From the NCBI GenBank assembly GCA_964016885.1, contig OZ024751.1:43648001-43712000 (forward strand): a DNA stretch of 64,000 nt. The letters run 5' to 3'. The notes under the pieces were generated by a model. It did no database searches. It was not told where the DNA came from and saw only the letters and a list, made by a program, of their open reading frames with translations. This DNA comes from Eledone cirrhosa. Taxonomy: Eukaryota. The first letter of the stretch is position 1. Each line of letters opens with the position of its first letter. Position numbers and translations under genes: made by a program. This document shows, piece after piece, positions 12,871-27,300 of the stretch.

Positions 12871-13137
12871 GTGCAGGAGAGGAGACTGCGTAGGTATGGA
12901 CATGTGTTACAGATGGATGGTGATTGCTGGCTGAAGAAGTGACAAGTAATCGCAGTAAAGGAAGACCAAGGAAGACCTGGAGGGAAGTGGTCAAGATCTG
13001 ATCTCAGATCGCTAAAGCTCACAGAGGAGATGAGAAAGGAACATGAAAAGTAGAGAGATGCTGTACTGAGAAGGACCCAGCCAACCCATGCAAGTGTAGA
13101 ACAGCTGATGTAAAACAATGATGATGATGATGATGAT
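12871..13137 (+). mobile_element. RTE-clade LINE 3' end (degenerate ORF C-terminus + 3' tail)
   Basis: Translates VQERRLRRYGHVLQMDGDCWLKK* then KGRPRKTWREVVK, matching the RL.W.GH / GRP..TW motifs of RTE ORF C-termini. Has stops/frameshifts. Ends aacccatgcaag...(TGA)n. Confidence 0.85.
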
Positions 13138-13667
13138 CATCATCATCATCATTTAATGTCCATTTTCCATGCTATATATATCATCATCACCACCACCACC
13201 ATTCTCCATCTATTTTCCATGTTTGCATGTATTAGACAGGTTGTCACGTTCTCACACTAGACAGATCACATGACAACATACATACATACACACGTCACTC
13301 TATAGATATATATATATATATATACACACACACACGCGTCACTGTATAGATATATATATACCCACACGTGTCACTGTATACACACACATACGCATGATGT
13401 GTGTGTAATGAGAACTAGAATCCCCAAACATCTGTTTAGAGAAAGTCAGCACTGTACAATGACTGCCTATGTCAATGTTTTATCTATTAAATTCACTAGT
13501 TTTGTGGAATTTGTTAAATGTGAGGAATGTGAAATTGTTGTGTGAACTTTGGCTACCATAGAAACAGGATGAAATTCTTGAGAAAATCTTGCTTTGGTTT
13601 TTGTAGGGTCAAAGGTGAATGAATTTCACATATTTTAGTGGTTCACTGGTTTCTGTCATTAGACTAT

Positions 13668-13961
13668 GACCGATTCTGATATCTATTGTCTAAAACAACT
13701 AGGCAAGGTGTAATTTTCGGTAAAGGGTTGGGTCCAGACTTGGCCCTGGCCCCAAACCCTATGAAATTTGACCAATTCTGATACCTATTGTCTATAACAG
13801 CTAAGTGGGCTGTCATTTTCAGTAAAAAGTGGGCCCAGGCCTGGCCCCAAACCCTATGAAATTTGACCGATTTGATACCTGTTGTCTATAACAACTTGGT
13901 GGGGTGTAATGTTCAGTAAAGGGTTGGCCCAGGCCTGGCCCCCAAACCCTATGAAATTTGA
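13668..13961. repeat. Diverged tandem triplication, ~95-100 bp unit
   Basis: cctggccccaaaccctatgaaatttga recurs at ~13746, ~13840, ~13935. Confidence 0.85.
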
Positions 13962-14316
13962 GAGACTCTTCTTTAGAAGATCTTTTAACTGGTTGACCAC
14001 TGTTGTGTAGTTGGGTCAACATTATAGCAACAATCTGATTGTAATACACTGCACTGATCTACAATATAGATGTTTACTGAACACTTACTGCCAACATCTT
14101 CTGTCACTAGGGCTACGGCAATGTGTGGATGTGTACATGTCTAAGTCTGTGTGTGTGTATATGTTGTTCCTAGCCTTATATGTATGTGTGTATATATATA
14201 TATATATGTGTGTGTGTGAGTGTGTATATATATATAGATATATATGTGTGTGTGTGTGTATATATGTTTGTGTGTGTATATATGTGTGTGTGTATATATA
14301 TATAAGTATGTGTGTG

Positions 14317-14351
<35 letters not shown>

Positions 14352-14618
14352 ACGTTGTCCCTAGCTCTGCAGCTATGTGCCCCTCTTATCACCTGTATGT
14401 CCTCTACTTACCTGTTGTCTACATTACAGTATTTCATTAGAGACAGGACATCATTGGTTCAGGTTACACACACACACACACATGTACACACACACACACA
14501 TGTACACACACACACACACACACATGTACACATACACACACTTCGAACAATACTTACAGATAATAATGCATATATATATATGTATCTGTATATATATATA
14601 TGTGTATATATATATATA

Positions 14619-14653
<35 letters not shown>

Positions 14654-14782
14654 GTGTGTAGATATATATATATATATATGTGTGTAGATATATATATATA
14701 CAATAATATATCTGGATAAAATCCTTCTCTTAATGCTTACCTGTGTTTTCTTTTTATACAATAATATATATATATATATTTA

Positions 14783-14861
<79 letters not shown>

Positions 14862-15299
14862 GTTTGTGTGTGTGTGTGTGTATATATATATATGTTTGTG
14901 TGTGTGTGTGTGTATATATATATACATATATATATATGTGTGTGTGTATATATAAACATATTGACAGAGAATCAGCTAGGTACCTCCCCACCTAGCTGAT
15001 AGTTATTTGCTGTTGTTAATGTTGTTGTTGCTAATGTTGTCACACTGTTGTTACTTTAAAGTATCAGTTGATCTGTTGTAGTCTTGTTAAGAACTGTTTT
15101 TGGTTGAAGAATTAAATAATCTCCATTTTCTTTTATCTTTAAAGTTTCTATATTTTCCTCAGTATATACTTGCTGTATCTTCAAGCTAGATTAAATTCAC
15201 TGTGGTGCCACACCTGGTGATTGCAGGTAAATGTTAAAAAGACACCCACCCATACATACACACACTTACACATATTATACAGCATCTTCTAATATATAT

Positions 15300-15360
15300 T
15301 TTTATTTTATTTGTTTCAGTCATTGGACTGAAGCTATGCTGGTACACTTCTTTAAAGGGC
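15300..15360 (-). mobile_element. SINE-type 3' tail abutting the 48-bp array
   Basis: - strand reads ...ccagcatagcttcagtccaatgactgaaacaaataaaataaaa, an A-rich retroposon-like terminus. Family recognition is from memory of octopus repeats. Confidence 0.5.
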
Positions 15361-15361
15361 A

Positions 15362-18300
15362 TGTGAAGTGTATTTGTCATGGCACCAGCACTGTCACTAC
15401 CACTTTACACAGTATATGAGGTGTATTTTGTCATGACACCAGCACTACCACTTTACACTTTATATGAGGTGTATTTTGTCATGACACTAGCACTACCACT
15501 TTACACAGTATATGAAGTGTATTTTGTCATGGCACTAGCACTACCACTTTACACAGTATTTGAGGTGTATTTTGTCATGACACTAGCACTACCACTTTAC
15601 ACAGTATATGAGGTGTATTTTGTCATGACACCAGCACTACCACTTTACACAGTATATGAGGTGTATTTTGTCATGACACTAGCACTACCACTTTACACAG
15701 TATATGAGGTGTATTTTGTCATGGCACTAGCTCTACCACTTTACACAGTATATGAGGTGTATTTTGTCATGACACTAGCACTACCACTTTACACAGTATA
15801 TGAGGTGTATTTTGTCATGACACCAGCACTACCACTTTACACAGTATATGAGGTGTATTTTGTCATGGCACTACCACTTTACACAGTATTTGAGGTGTAT
15901 TTTGTCATGATACTAGCACTACCACTTTACGCAGTATATGAAGTGTATTTTGTCATGGCACTAGCTCTACCACTTTACACAGTATATGAGGTGTATTTTG
16001 TCATGACACTAGCACTACCACTTTACGCAGTATATGAAGTGTATTTTGTCATGGCACTAGCACTACCACTTTACACAGTATTTGAGGTGTATTTTGTCAT
16101 GACACTAGCACTACCACTTTACACAGTATATGAGGTGTATTTTGTCATGACACCAGCACTACCACTTTACACAGTATATAAGGTGTATTTTGTCATGACA
16201 CCAACACTACCACTTTACACAGTATATGAGGTGTATTTTGTCATGACACCAGCACTACCACTTTACACAGTATATGAGGTGTATTTTGTCATGGCACTAG
16301 CACTACCACTTTACACAGTATTTGAGGTGTATTTTGTCATGACACTAGCACTACCACTTTACGCAGTATATGAAGTGTATTTTTTCATGGCACCAGCACT
16401 ACCACTTTACACAGTATTTGAGGTGTATTTTGTCATGACACTAGCACTACCACTTTACACAGTATATGAGGTGTATTTTGTCATGACACTAGCACTACCA
16501 CTTTACACAGCATTTGAGGTGTATTTTGTCATAACACTAGCACTACCACTTTACACAGTATATGAGGTGTATTTTGTCACTACACTAGCACTACCACTTT
16601 ACACAGTATTTGAGGTGTATTTTGTCATGGCACCAGCACTACCACTTTACACAGTATATGAGGTGTATTTTGTCATGACACTAGCACTACCACTTTACAC
16701 AGTATTTGAGGTGTATTTTGTCATGACACCAGCACTACCACTTTACACAGTATATGAGGTGTATTTTGTCATGGCACCAGCACTACCACTTTACACAGTA
16801 TATGAAGTGTATTTTGTCATGGCACTAGCACTACCACTTTACACAGTATTTGAGGTGTATTTTGTCATGACACTAGCACAACCACTTTACACAGTATTTG
16901 AGGTGTATTTTGTCATGACACCAGCACTACCACTTTACACAGTATATGAAGTGTATTTTGTCATGGCACTAGCACTACCACTTTACACAGTATTTGAGGT
17001 GTATTTTGTCATGACACCAGCACTACCACTTTACACAGTATATGAGGTGTATTTTGTCATGACACCAGCACTACCACTTTACACAGTATATGAGGTGTAT
17101 TTTGTCATGACACTAGCACTACCACTTTACACAGTATATGAGGTGTATTTTGTCATGGCACTAGCTCTACCACTTTACACAGTATATGAGGTGTATTTTG
17201 TCATGACACTAGCACTACCACTTTACACAGTATATGAGGTGTATTTTGTCATGACACCAGCACTACCACTTTACACAGTATATGAGGTGTATTTTGTCAT
17301 GGCACTACCACTTTACACAGTATTTGAGGTGTATTTTGTCATGATACTAGCACTACCACTTTACGCAGTATATGAAGTGTATTTTGTCATGACACTAGCA
17401 CTACCACTTTACACAGTATATGAGGTGTATTTTGTCATGACACTAGCACTACCACTTTACACAGTATATGAGGTGTATTTTGTCATGGCACTAGCACTAC
17501 CACTTTACACAGTATTTGAGGTGTATTTTGTCATGACACTAGCACTACCACTTTACGCAGTATATGAAGTGTATTTTGTCATGGCACTAGCACTACCACT
17601 TTACACAGTATTTGAGGTGTATTTTGTCATGACACTAGCACTACCACTTTACACAGTATATGAGGTGTATTTTGTCATGACACTAGCACTACCACTTTAC
17701 GCAGTATATGAAGTGTATTTTGTCATGGCACTAGCACTACCACTTTACACAGTATTTGAGGTGTATTTTGTCATGACACTAGCACTACCACTTTACACAG
17801 TATATGAGGTGTATTTTGTCATGACACTAGCACTACCACTTTACACAGTATATGAGGTGTATTTTGTCATGGCACTAGCACTACCACTTTACACAGTATT
17901 TGAGGTGTATTTTGTCATGACATTAGCACTACCACTTTATGCAGTATATGAAGTGTATTTTGTCATGGCACTAGCACTACCACTTTACACAGTATTTGAG
18001 GTGTATTTTGTCATGACACTAGCACTACCACTTTACACAGTATATGAGGTGTATTTTGTCATGACACTAGCACTACCACTTTACACAGTATTTGAGGTGT
18101 ATTTTGTCATGGCACCAGCACTACCACTTTACACAGTATATGAGGTGTATTTTGTCATGACACCAGCACTACCACTTTACACAGTATATGAGGTGTATTT
18201 TGTCATGACACCAGCACTACCACTTTACACAGTATATGAGGTGTATTTTGTCATGACACCAGCACTACCACTTTACACGGTATATGAGGTGTATTTTGTC

Positions 18301-21300
18301 ATGGCACTAGCACTACCACTTTACACAGTATATGAGGTGTATTTTGTCATGACACTAGCACTACCACTTTACACAGTATTTGAGGTGTATTTTGTGATGG
18401 CACCAGCACTACCACTTTACACAGTATATGAGGTGTATTTTGTCATGGCACCAGCACTACCACTTTACACAGTATATGAGGTGTATTTTGTCATGACACC
18501 AGCACTACCACTTTACACAGTATATGAAGTGTATTTTGTCATGACACTAGCACTACCACTTTACACAGTATATGAGGTGTATTTTGTCAAGACACTAGCA
18601 CTACCACTTTACACAGTATATGAGGTGTATTTTGTCATGGCACTAGCACTACCACTTTACACAGTATATGAGGTGTATTTTGTCATGGCACCAGCACTAC
18701 CACTTTACACAGTATATGAGGTGTATTTTGTCAAGACACTAGCACTACCACTTTACACAGTATATGAGGTGTATTTTGTCATGACACTAGCACTACCACT
18801 TTACACAGTATATGAAGTGTATTTTGTCATAACACTAGCACTACCACTTTACACAGTATATGAGGTGTATTTTGTCAAGACACTAGCACTACCACTTTAC
18901 ACAGTATATGAGGTGTATTTTGTCACTACACTAGCACTACCACTTTACACAGTATTTGAGGTGTATTTTGTCATGGCACCAGCACTACTACTTTACACAG
19001 TATATGAGGTGTATTTTGTCATGACACTAGCACCACCACTTTACACAGTATTTGAGGTGTATTTTGTCATGACACCAGCACTACCACTTTACACAGTATA
19101 TGAGGTGTATTTTGTCATGGCACCAGCACTACCACTTTACACAGTATATGAGGTGTATTTTGTCATGACACTAGCTCTACCACTTTACACAGTATATGAG
19201 GTGTATTTTGTCATGACACTAGCACTACCACTTTACACAGTATATGAGATGTATTTTGTCATGACACCAGCACTACCACTTTACACAGTATATGAGGTGT
19301 ATTTTGTCATGACACTAGCACTACCACTTTACGGAGTATATGAAGTGTATTTTGTCATGACACTAGCACTACCACTTTACACGGTATATGAGGTGTATTT
19401 TGTCATGACACCAGCACTACCACTTTACACAGTATATGAGGTGTATTTTGTCATGACACTAGCACTACCACTTTACACAGTATATGAGGTGTATTTTGTC
19501 ATGGCACCAGCACTACCACTTTACACAGTATATGAGGTGTATTTTGTCATGACACTAGCTCTACCACTTTACACAGTATATGAGGTGTATTTTGTCATGA
19601 CAATAGCACTACCACTTTACACAGTATATGAGGTGTATTTTGTCATGGCACCAGCACTACCACTTTACACAGTATATGAGGTGTATTTTGTCATGACACT
19701 AGCTCTACCACTTTACACAGTATATGAGATGTATTTTGTCATGACACCAGCACTACCACTTTACACAATATATGAGGTGTATTTTGTCATAACACTAGCA
19801 CTACCACTTTACGCAGTATATGAAGTGTATTTTGTCATGACACTAGCACTACCACTTTACACAGTATATGAGGTGTATTTTGTCATTACACTAGCACTAC
19901 CACTTTACACAGTATATGAGGTGTATTTTGTCATGACACTAGCACTACCACTTTACACAGTATTTGAGGTGTATTTTGTCATGGCACCAGCACTACCACT
20001 TTACACAGTATATGAGGTGTATTTTGTCATGACACCAGCACTACCACTTTACACAGTATATGAGGTGTATTTTGTCATGACACCAGCACTACCACTTTAC
20101 ACAGTATATGAGGTCTATTTTGTCATGGCACTAGCACTACCACTTTACACAGTATTTGAGGTGTATTTTGTCATGACACTAGCACTACCACTTTACGCAG
20201 TATATGAAGTGTATTTTTTCATGGCACCAGCACTACCACTTTACACAGTATTTGAGGTGTATTTTGTCATGACACTAGCACTACCACTTTACACAGTATA
20301 TGAGGTGTATTTTGTCATGACACTAGCACTACCACTTTACACAGTATTTGAGGTGTATTTTGTCATGGCACCAGCACTACCACTTTACACAGTATATGAG
20401 GTGTATTTTGTCATGGCACCAGCACTACCACTTTACACAGTATATGAGGTGTATTTTGTCATGACACTAGCACTAACCACTTTACACAGTATTTGAGGTG
20501 TATTTTGTCATGGCACCAGCACTACCACTTTACACATTATATGACGTGTATTTTGTCAAGACACTAGCACTACCACTTTACACAGTATATGAGGTGTATT
20601 ATGTCATGACACTAGCACTACCACTTTACACAGTATATGAAGTGTATTTTGTCATAACACTAGCACTACCACTTTACACAGTATATGAGGTGTATTTTGT
20701 CAAGACACTAGCACTACCACTTTACACAGTATATGAGGTGTATTTTGTCACTACACTAGCACTACCACTTTACACAGTATTTGAGGTGTATTTTGTCATG
20801 GCACCAGCACTACTACTTTACACAGTATATGAGGTGTATTTTGTCATGACACTAGCACCACCACTTTACACAGTATTTGAGGTGTATTTTGTCATGACAC
20901 CAGCACTACCACTTTACACAGTATATGAGGTGTATTTTGTCATGGCACCAGCACTACCACTTTACACAGTATATGAGGTGTATTTTGTCATGACACTAGC
21001 TCTACCACTTTACACAGTATATGAGGTGTATTTTGTCATGACACTAGCACTACCACTTTACACAGTATATGAGATGTATTTTGTCATGACACCAGCACTA
21101 CCACTTTACACAGTATATGAGGTGTATTTTGTCATGACACTAGCACTACCACTTTACGGAGTATATGAAGTGTATTTTGTCATGACACTAGCACTACCAC
21201 TTTACACGGTATATGAGGTGTATTTTGTCATGACACCAGCACTACCACTTTACACAGTATATGAGGTGTATTTTGTCATGACACTAGCACTACCACTTTA

Positions 21301-24300
21301 CACAGTATATGAGGTGTATTTTGTCATGACACTAGCACTACCACTTTACACAGTATATGAGGTGTATTTTGTCATGGCACCAGCACTACCACTTTACACA
21401 GTATATGAGGTGTATTTTGTCATGACACTAGCTCTACCACTTTACACAGTATATGAGATGTATTTTGTCATGACACCAGCACTACCACTTTACACAGTAT
21501 ATGAGGTGTATTTTGTCATAACACTAGCACTACCACTTTACGCAGTATATGAAGTGTATTTTGTCATGACACTAGCAGTACCACTTTACACAGTATATGA
21601 GGTGTATTTTGTCATGACACTAGCACTACCACTTTACACAGTATATGAGGTGTATTTTGTCATGACACTAGCACTACCACTTTACACAGTATATGAGATG
21701 TATTTTGTCATGACACCAGCACTACCACTTTACACAGTATATGAGGTGTATTTTGTCAAGACACTAGCACTACCACTTTACGCAGTATATGAAGTGTATT
21801 TTGTCATGACACTAGCACTACCACTTTACACAGTATATGAGGTGTATTTTGTCATGACACCAGCACTACCACTTTACACAGTATATGAGGTGTATTTTGT
21901 CATGACACTAGCACTACCACTTTACACAGTATATGAGGTGTATTTTGTCATGACACTAGCACTACCACTTTACACAGTATATGAGGTGTATTTTGTCATG
22001 ACACCAGCACTACCACTTTACACAGTATATGAGGTGTATTTTGTCATGACACTAGCACTACCACTTTACGCAGTATATGAAGTGTATTTTGTCATGACAC
22101 TAGCACTACCACTTTACACAGTATATGAGGTGTATTTTGTCATCACACTAGCACTACCACTTTACACAGTATATGAGGTGTATTTTGTCATGACACTAGC
22201 ACTACCACTTTACACAGTATATGAGATGTATTTTGTCATGACACCAGCACTACCACTTTACACAGCATATGAGGTGTATTATGTCAAGACACTAGCACTA
22301 CCACTTTACACAGTATATGAGGTGTATTTTGTCACTACACTAGCACTACCACTTTACACAGTATTTGAGGTGTATTTTGTCATGGCACCAGCACTACCAC
22401 TTTACACAGTATATGAGGTGTATTTTGTCATGACACTAGCACTACCACTTTACACAGTATATGAGGTGTATTTTGTCATGACACTAGCACTACCACTTTA
22501 CACAGTATATGAGGTGTATTTTGTCATGACACCAGCACTACCACTTTACACAGTATATGAGGTGTATTTTGTCAAGACACTAGCACTACCACTTTACACA
22601 GTATATGAAGTGTATTTTGTCATGACACTAGCACTACCACTTTACTCAGTATATGAGGTGTATTTTGTCATGGCACCAGCACTACCACTTTACACAGTAT
22701 ATGAGGTGTATTTTGTCATGACACCAGCACTACCACTTTACACAGTATATGAAGTGTATTTTGTCATGACACTAGCACTACCACTTTACACAGTATATGA
22801 GGTGTATTTTGTCATGACACTAGCACTACCACTTTACACAGTATATGAAGTGTATTTTGTCATGACACTAGCACTACCACTTTACACAGTATATGAGGTG
22901 TATTTTGTCATGACACTAGCACTACCACTTTACACAGTATATGAGGTGTATTTTGTAATGACACCAGCACTACCACTTTACACAGTATATGAGGTGTATT
23001 TTGTCATGGCACTAGCACTACCACTTTACACAGTATATGAAGTGTATTTTGTCATGACACTAGCACTACCACTTTACACAGTATATGAAGTGTATTTTGT
23101 CATGACACTAGCTCTACCACTTTACACAGTATATGAAGTGTATTTTGTCATGACACCAGCACTACCACTTTACACAGTACATGAGGTGTATTTTGTCATG
23201 ACACCAGCACTACCACTTTACACAGTATATGAAGTGTATTTTGTCATGACACTAGCTCTACCACTTTACACAGTATATGAAGTGTATTTTGTCATGACAC
23301 CAGCACTACCACTTTACACAGTATATGAGGTATATTTTGTCATGACACCAGCACTACCACTTTACACAGTATATAAGGTGTATTTTGTCATGACACTAGC
23401 TCTACCACTTTACACAGTATATGAGGTGTATTTTGTCATGACACTAGCACTACCACTTTACACAGTATATGAGGTGTATTTTGTCATGACACTAGCACTA
23501 CCACTTTACACAGTGTATGAGGTGTATTTTGTCATGACACTAGCACAACCACTTTACACAGTATGTGAGGTGTATTTTGTCATGGCACCAGCACTACCAC
23601 TTTACACAGTATATGAGGTGTATTTTGTCATGACACTAGCACAACCACTTTACACAGTATGTGAGGTGTATTTTGTCATGGCACCAGCACTACCACTTTA
23701 CACAGTATATGAGGTGTATTTTGTCATGACACTAGCACTACCACTTTACACAGTATATGAGGTGTATTTTGTCATGGCACCAGCACTACCACTTTACACA
23801 GTATATGAGGTGTATTTTGTCATGACACTAGCTCTACCACTTTACACAGTATATGAAGTGTATTTTGTCATGACACCAACACTACCACTTTACACAGTAT
23901 ATGAAGTGTATTTTGTCATGACACCAGCACTACCACTTTACACAGTATATGAGGTGTATTTTGTCATGACACTAGCTCTACCACTTTACACAGTATATGA
24001 AGTGTATTTTGTCATGACACCAGCACTACCACTTTACACAGTATATGAAGTGTATTTTGTCATGACACCAGCACTACCACTTTACACAGTATATGAGGTG
24101 TATTTTGTCATGACACTAGCTCTACCACTTTACACAGTATATGAGGTGTATTTTGTCATGACACTAGCACTACCACTTTACACAGTATATGAAGTGTATT
24201 TTGTCATGGCACCAGCACTACCACTTTACACAGTATATGAGGTGTATTTTGTCATGACACTAGCTCTACCACTGTACACAGTATATGAGGTGTATTTTGT

Positions 24301-27300
24301 CATGACACTAGCACTACCACTTTACACAGTATATGAAGTGTATTTTGTCATGACACCAGCACTACCACTTTACACAGTATATGAGGTGTATTTTGTCATG
24401 ACACTAGCTCTACCACTTTACACAGTATATGAGGTGTATTTTATCATGACACTAGCTCTACCACTTTACACAGTATATGAAGTGTATTTTGTCATGACAC
24501 CAGCACTACCACTTTACACAGTATATGAAGTGTATTTTGTCATGACACTAGCACTACCACTTTACACAGTATATGAGGTGTATTTTGTCATGACACTAGC
24601 ACTACCACTTTACACAGTATATGGAGTGTATTTTGTCATGACACCAGCACTACCACTTTACACAGTATATGAAGTGTATTTTGTCATGACACTAGCACTA
24701 CCACTTTACACAGTATATGAAGTGTATTTTGTCATGGCACTAGCACTACCACTTTACACAGTATATGAGGTGTATTTTGTCATGACACTAGCACTACCAC
24801 TTTACACAGTATATGAGGTGTATTTTGTCATGACACCAGCACTACCACTTTACACAGTATATGAGGTGTATTTTGTCATGGCACTAGCACTACCACTTTA
24901 CACAGTATATGAGGTGTATTTTCTCATGACACCAGCACTACCACTTTACACAGTATATGAGGTGTATTTTGTCATGACACTAGCACTACCACTTTACACA
25001 GTATATGAAGTGTATTTTGTCATGACACCAGCACTACCACTTTACACAGTATATGAGGTGTATTTTGTCATGGCACTAGCACTACCACTTTACACAGTAT
25101 ATGAAGTGTATTTTGTCATGACACCAGCTCTACCACTTTACACAGTATATGAGGTGTATTTTGTCATGACACTAACACTACCACTTTACACAGTATATGA
25201 GGTGTATTTTGTCATGACACCAGCACTACCACTTTACACAGTATATGAGGTGTATTTTGTCATGACACTAGCACTACCACTTTACACAGTATGTGAAGTG
25301 TATTTTGTCATGACACCAGCACTACCACTTTACACAGTATATGAGGTGTATTTTGTCATGGCACTAGCACTACCACTTTACACAGTATATGAAGTGTATT
25401 TTGTCATGACACCAGCACTACCACTTTACACAGTATATGAGGTGTATTTTGTCATGACACTAGCTCTACCACTTTACACAGTATATGAAGTATATTTTGT
25501 TATGACACCAGCACTACCACTTTACACAGTATATGAGGTGTATTTTGTCATGGCACCAGCACTACCACTTTACACAGTATATGAGGTGTATTTTGTCATG
25601 GCACTAGCACTACCACTTTACACAGTATATGAAGTGTATTTTGTCATGACACCAGCACTACCACTTTACACAGTATATGAGGTGTATTTTGTCATGACAC
25701 TAGCACTACCACTTTACACAGTATATGAAGTGTATTTTGTCATGGCACCAGCACTACCACTTTACACAGTATATGAGGTGTATTTTGTCATGACACTAGC
25801 TCTACCACTGTACACAGTATATGAGGTGTATTTTGTCATGACACTAGCACTACCACTTTACACAGTATATGAAGTGTATTTTGTCATGACACCAGCACTA
25901 CCACTTTACACAGTATATGAGGTGTATTTTGTCATGACACTAGCTCTACCACTTTACACAGTATATGAGGTGTATTTTATCATGACACTAGCTCTACCAC
26001 TTTACACAGTATATGAAGTGTATTTTGTCATGACACCAGCACTACCACTTTACACAGTATATGAAGTGTATTTTGTCATGACACTAGCACTACCACTTTA
26101 CACAGTATATGAGGTGTATTTTGTCATGACACTAGCACTACCACTTTACACAGTATATGGAGTGTATTTTGTCATGACACCAGCACTACCACTTTACACA
26201 GTATATGAGGTGTATTTTGTCATGACACTAGCTCTACCACTTTACACAGTATATGAAGTGTATTTTGTCATGACACCAGCACTACCACTTTACACAGTAT
26301 ATGAGGTGTATTTTGTCATGACACTAGCTCTACCACTTTACACAGTATATGAGGTGTATTTTGTCATGACACTAGCACTACCACTTTACACAGTATATGA
26401 AGTGTATTTTGTCATGGCACCAGCACTACCACTTTACACAGTATATGAGGTGTATTTTGTCATGACACTAGCTCTACCACTGTACACAGTATATGAGGTG
26501 TATTTTGTCATGACACTAGCACTACCACTTTACACAGTATATGAAGTGTATTTTGTCATGACACCAGCACTACCACTTTACACAGTATATGAGGTGTATT
26601 TTGTCATGACACTAGCTCTACCACTTTACACAGTATATGAGGTGTATTTTATCATGACACTAGCTCTACCACTTTACACAGTATATGAAGTGTATTTTGT
26701 CATGACACCAGCACTACCACTTTACACAGTATATGAAGTGTATTTTGTCATGACACTAGCACTACCACTTTACACAGTATATGAGGTGTATTTTGTCATG
26801 ACACTAGCACTACCACTTTACACAGTATATGAGGTGTATTTTGTCATGACACTAGCACTACCACTTTACGCAGTATATGAAGTGTATTTTGTCATGACAC
26901 TAGCACTACCACTTTACACAGTATATGAGGTGTATTTTGTCATCACACTAGCACTACCACTTTACACAGTATATGAGGTGTATTTTGTCATGACACTAGC
27001 ACTACCACTTTACACAGTATATGAGATGTATTTTGTCATGACACCAGCACTACCACTTTACACAGCATATGAGGTGTATTATGTCAAGACACTAGCACTA
27101 CCACTTTACACAGTATATGAGGTGTATTTTGTCACTACACTAGCACTACCACTTTACACAGTATTTGAGGTGTATTTTGTCATGGCACCAGCACTACCAC
27201 TTTACACAGTATATGAGGTGTATTTTGTCATGACACTAGCACTACCACTTTACACAGTATATGAGGTGTATTTTGTCATGACACTAGCACTACCACTTTA

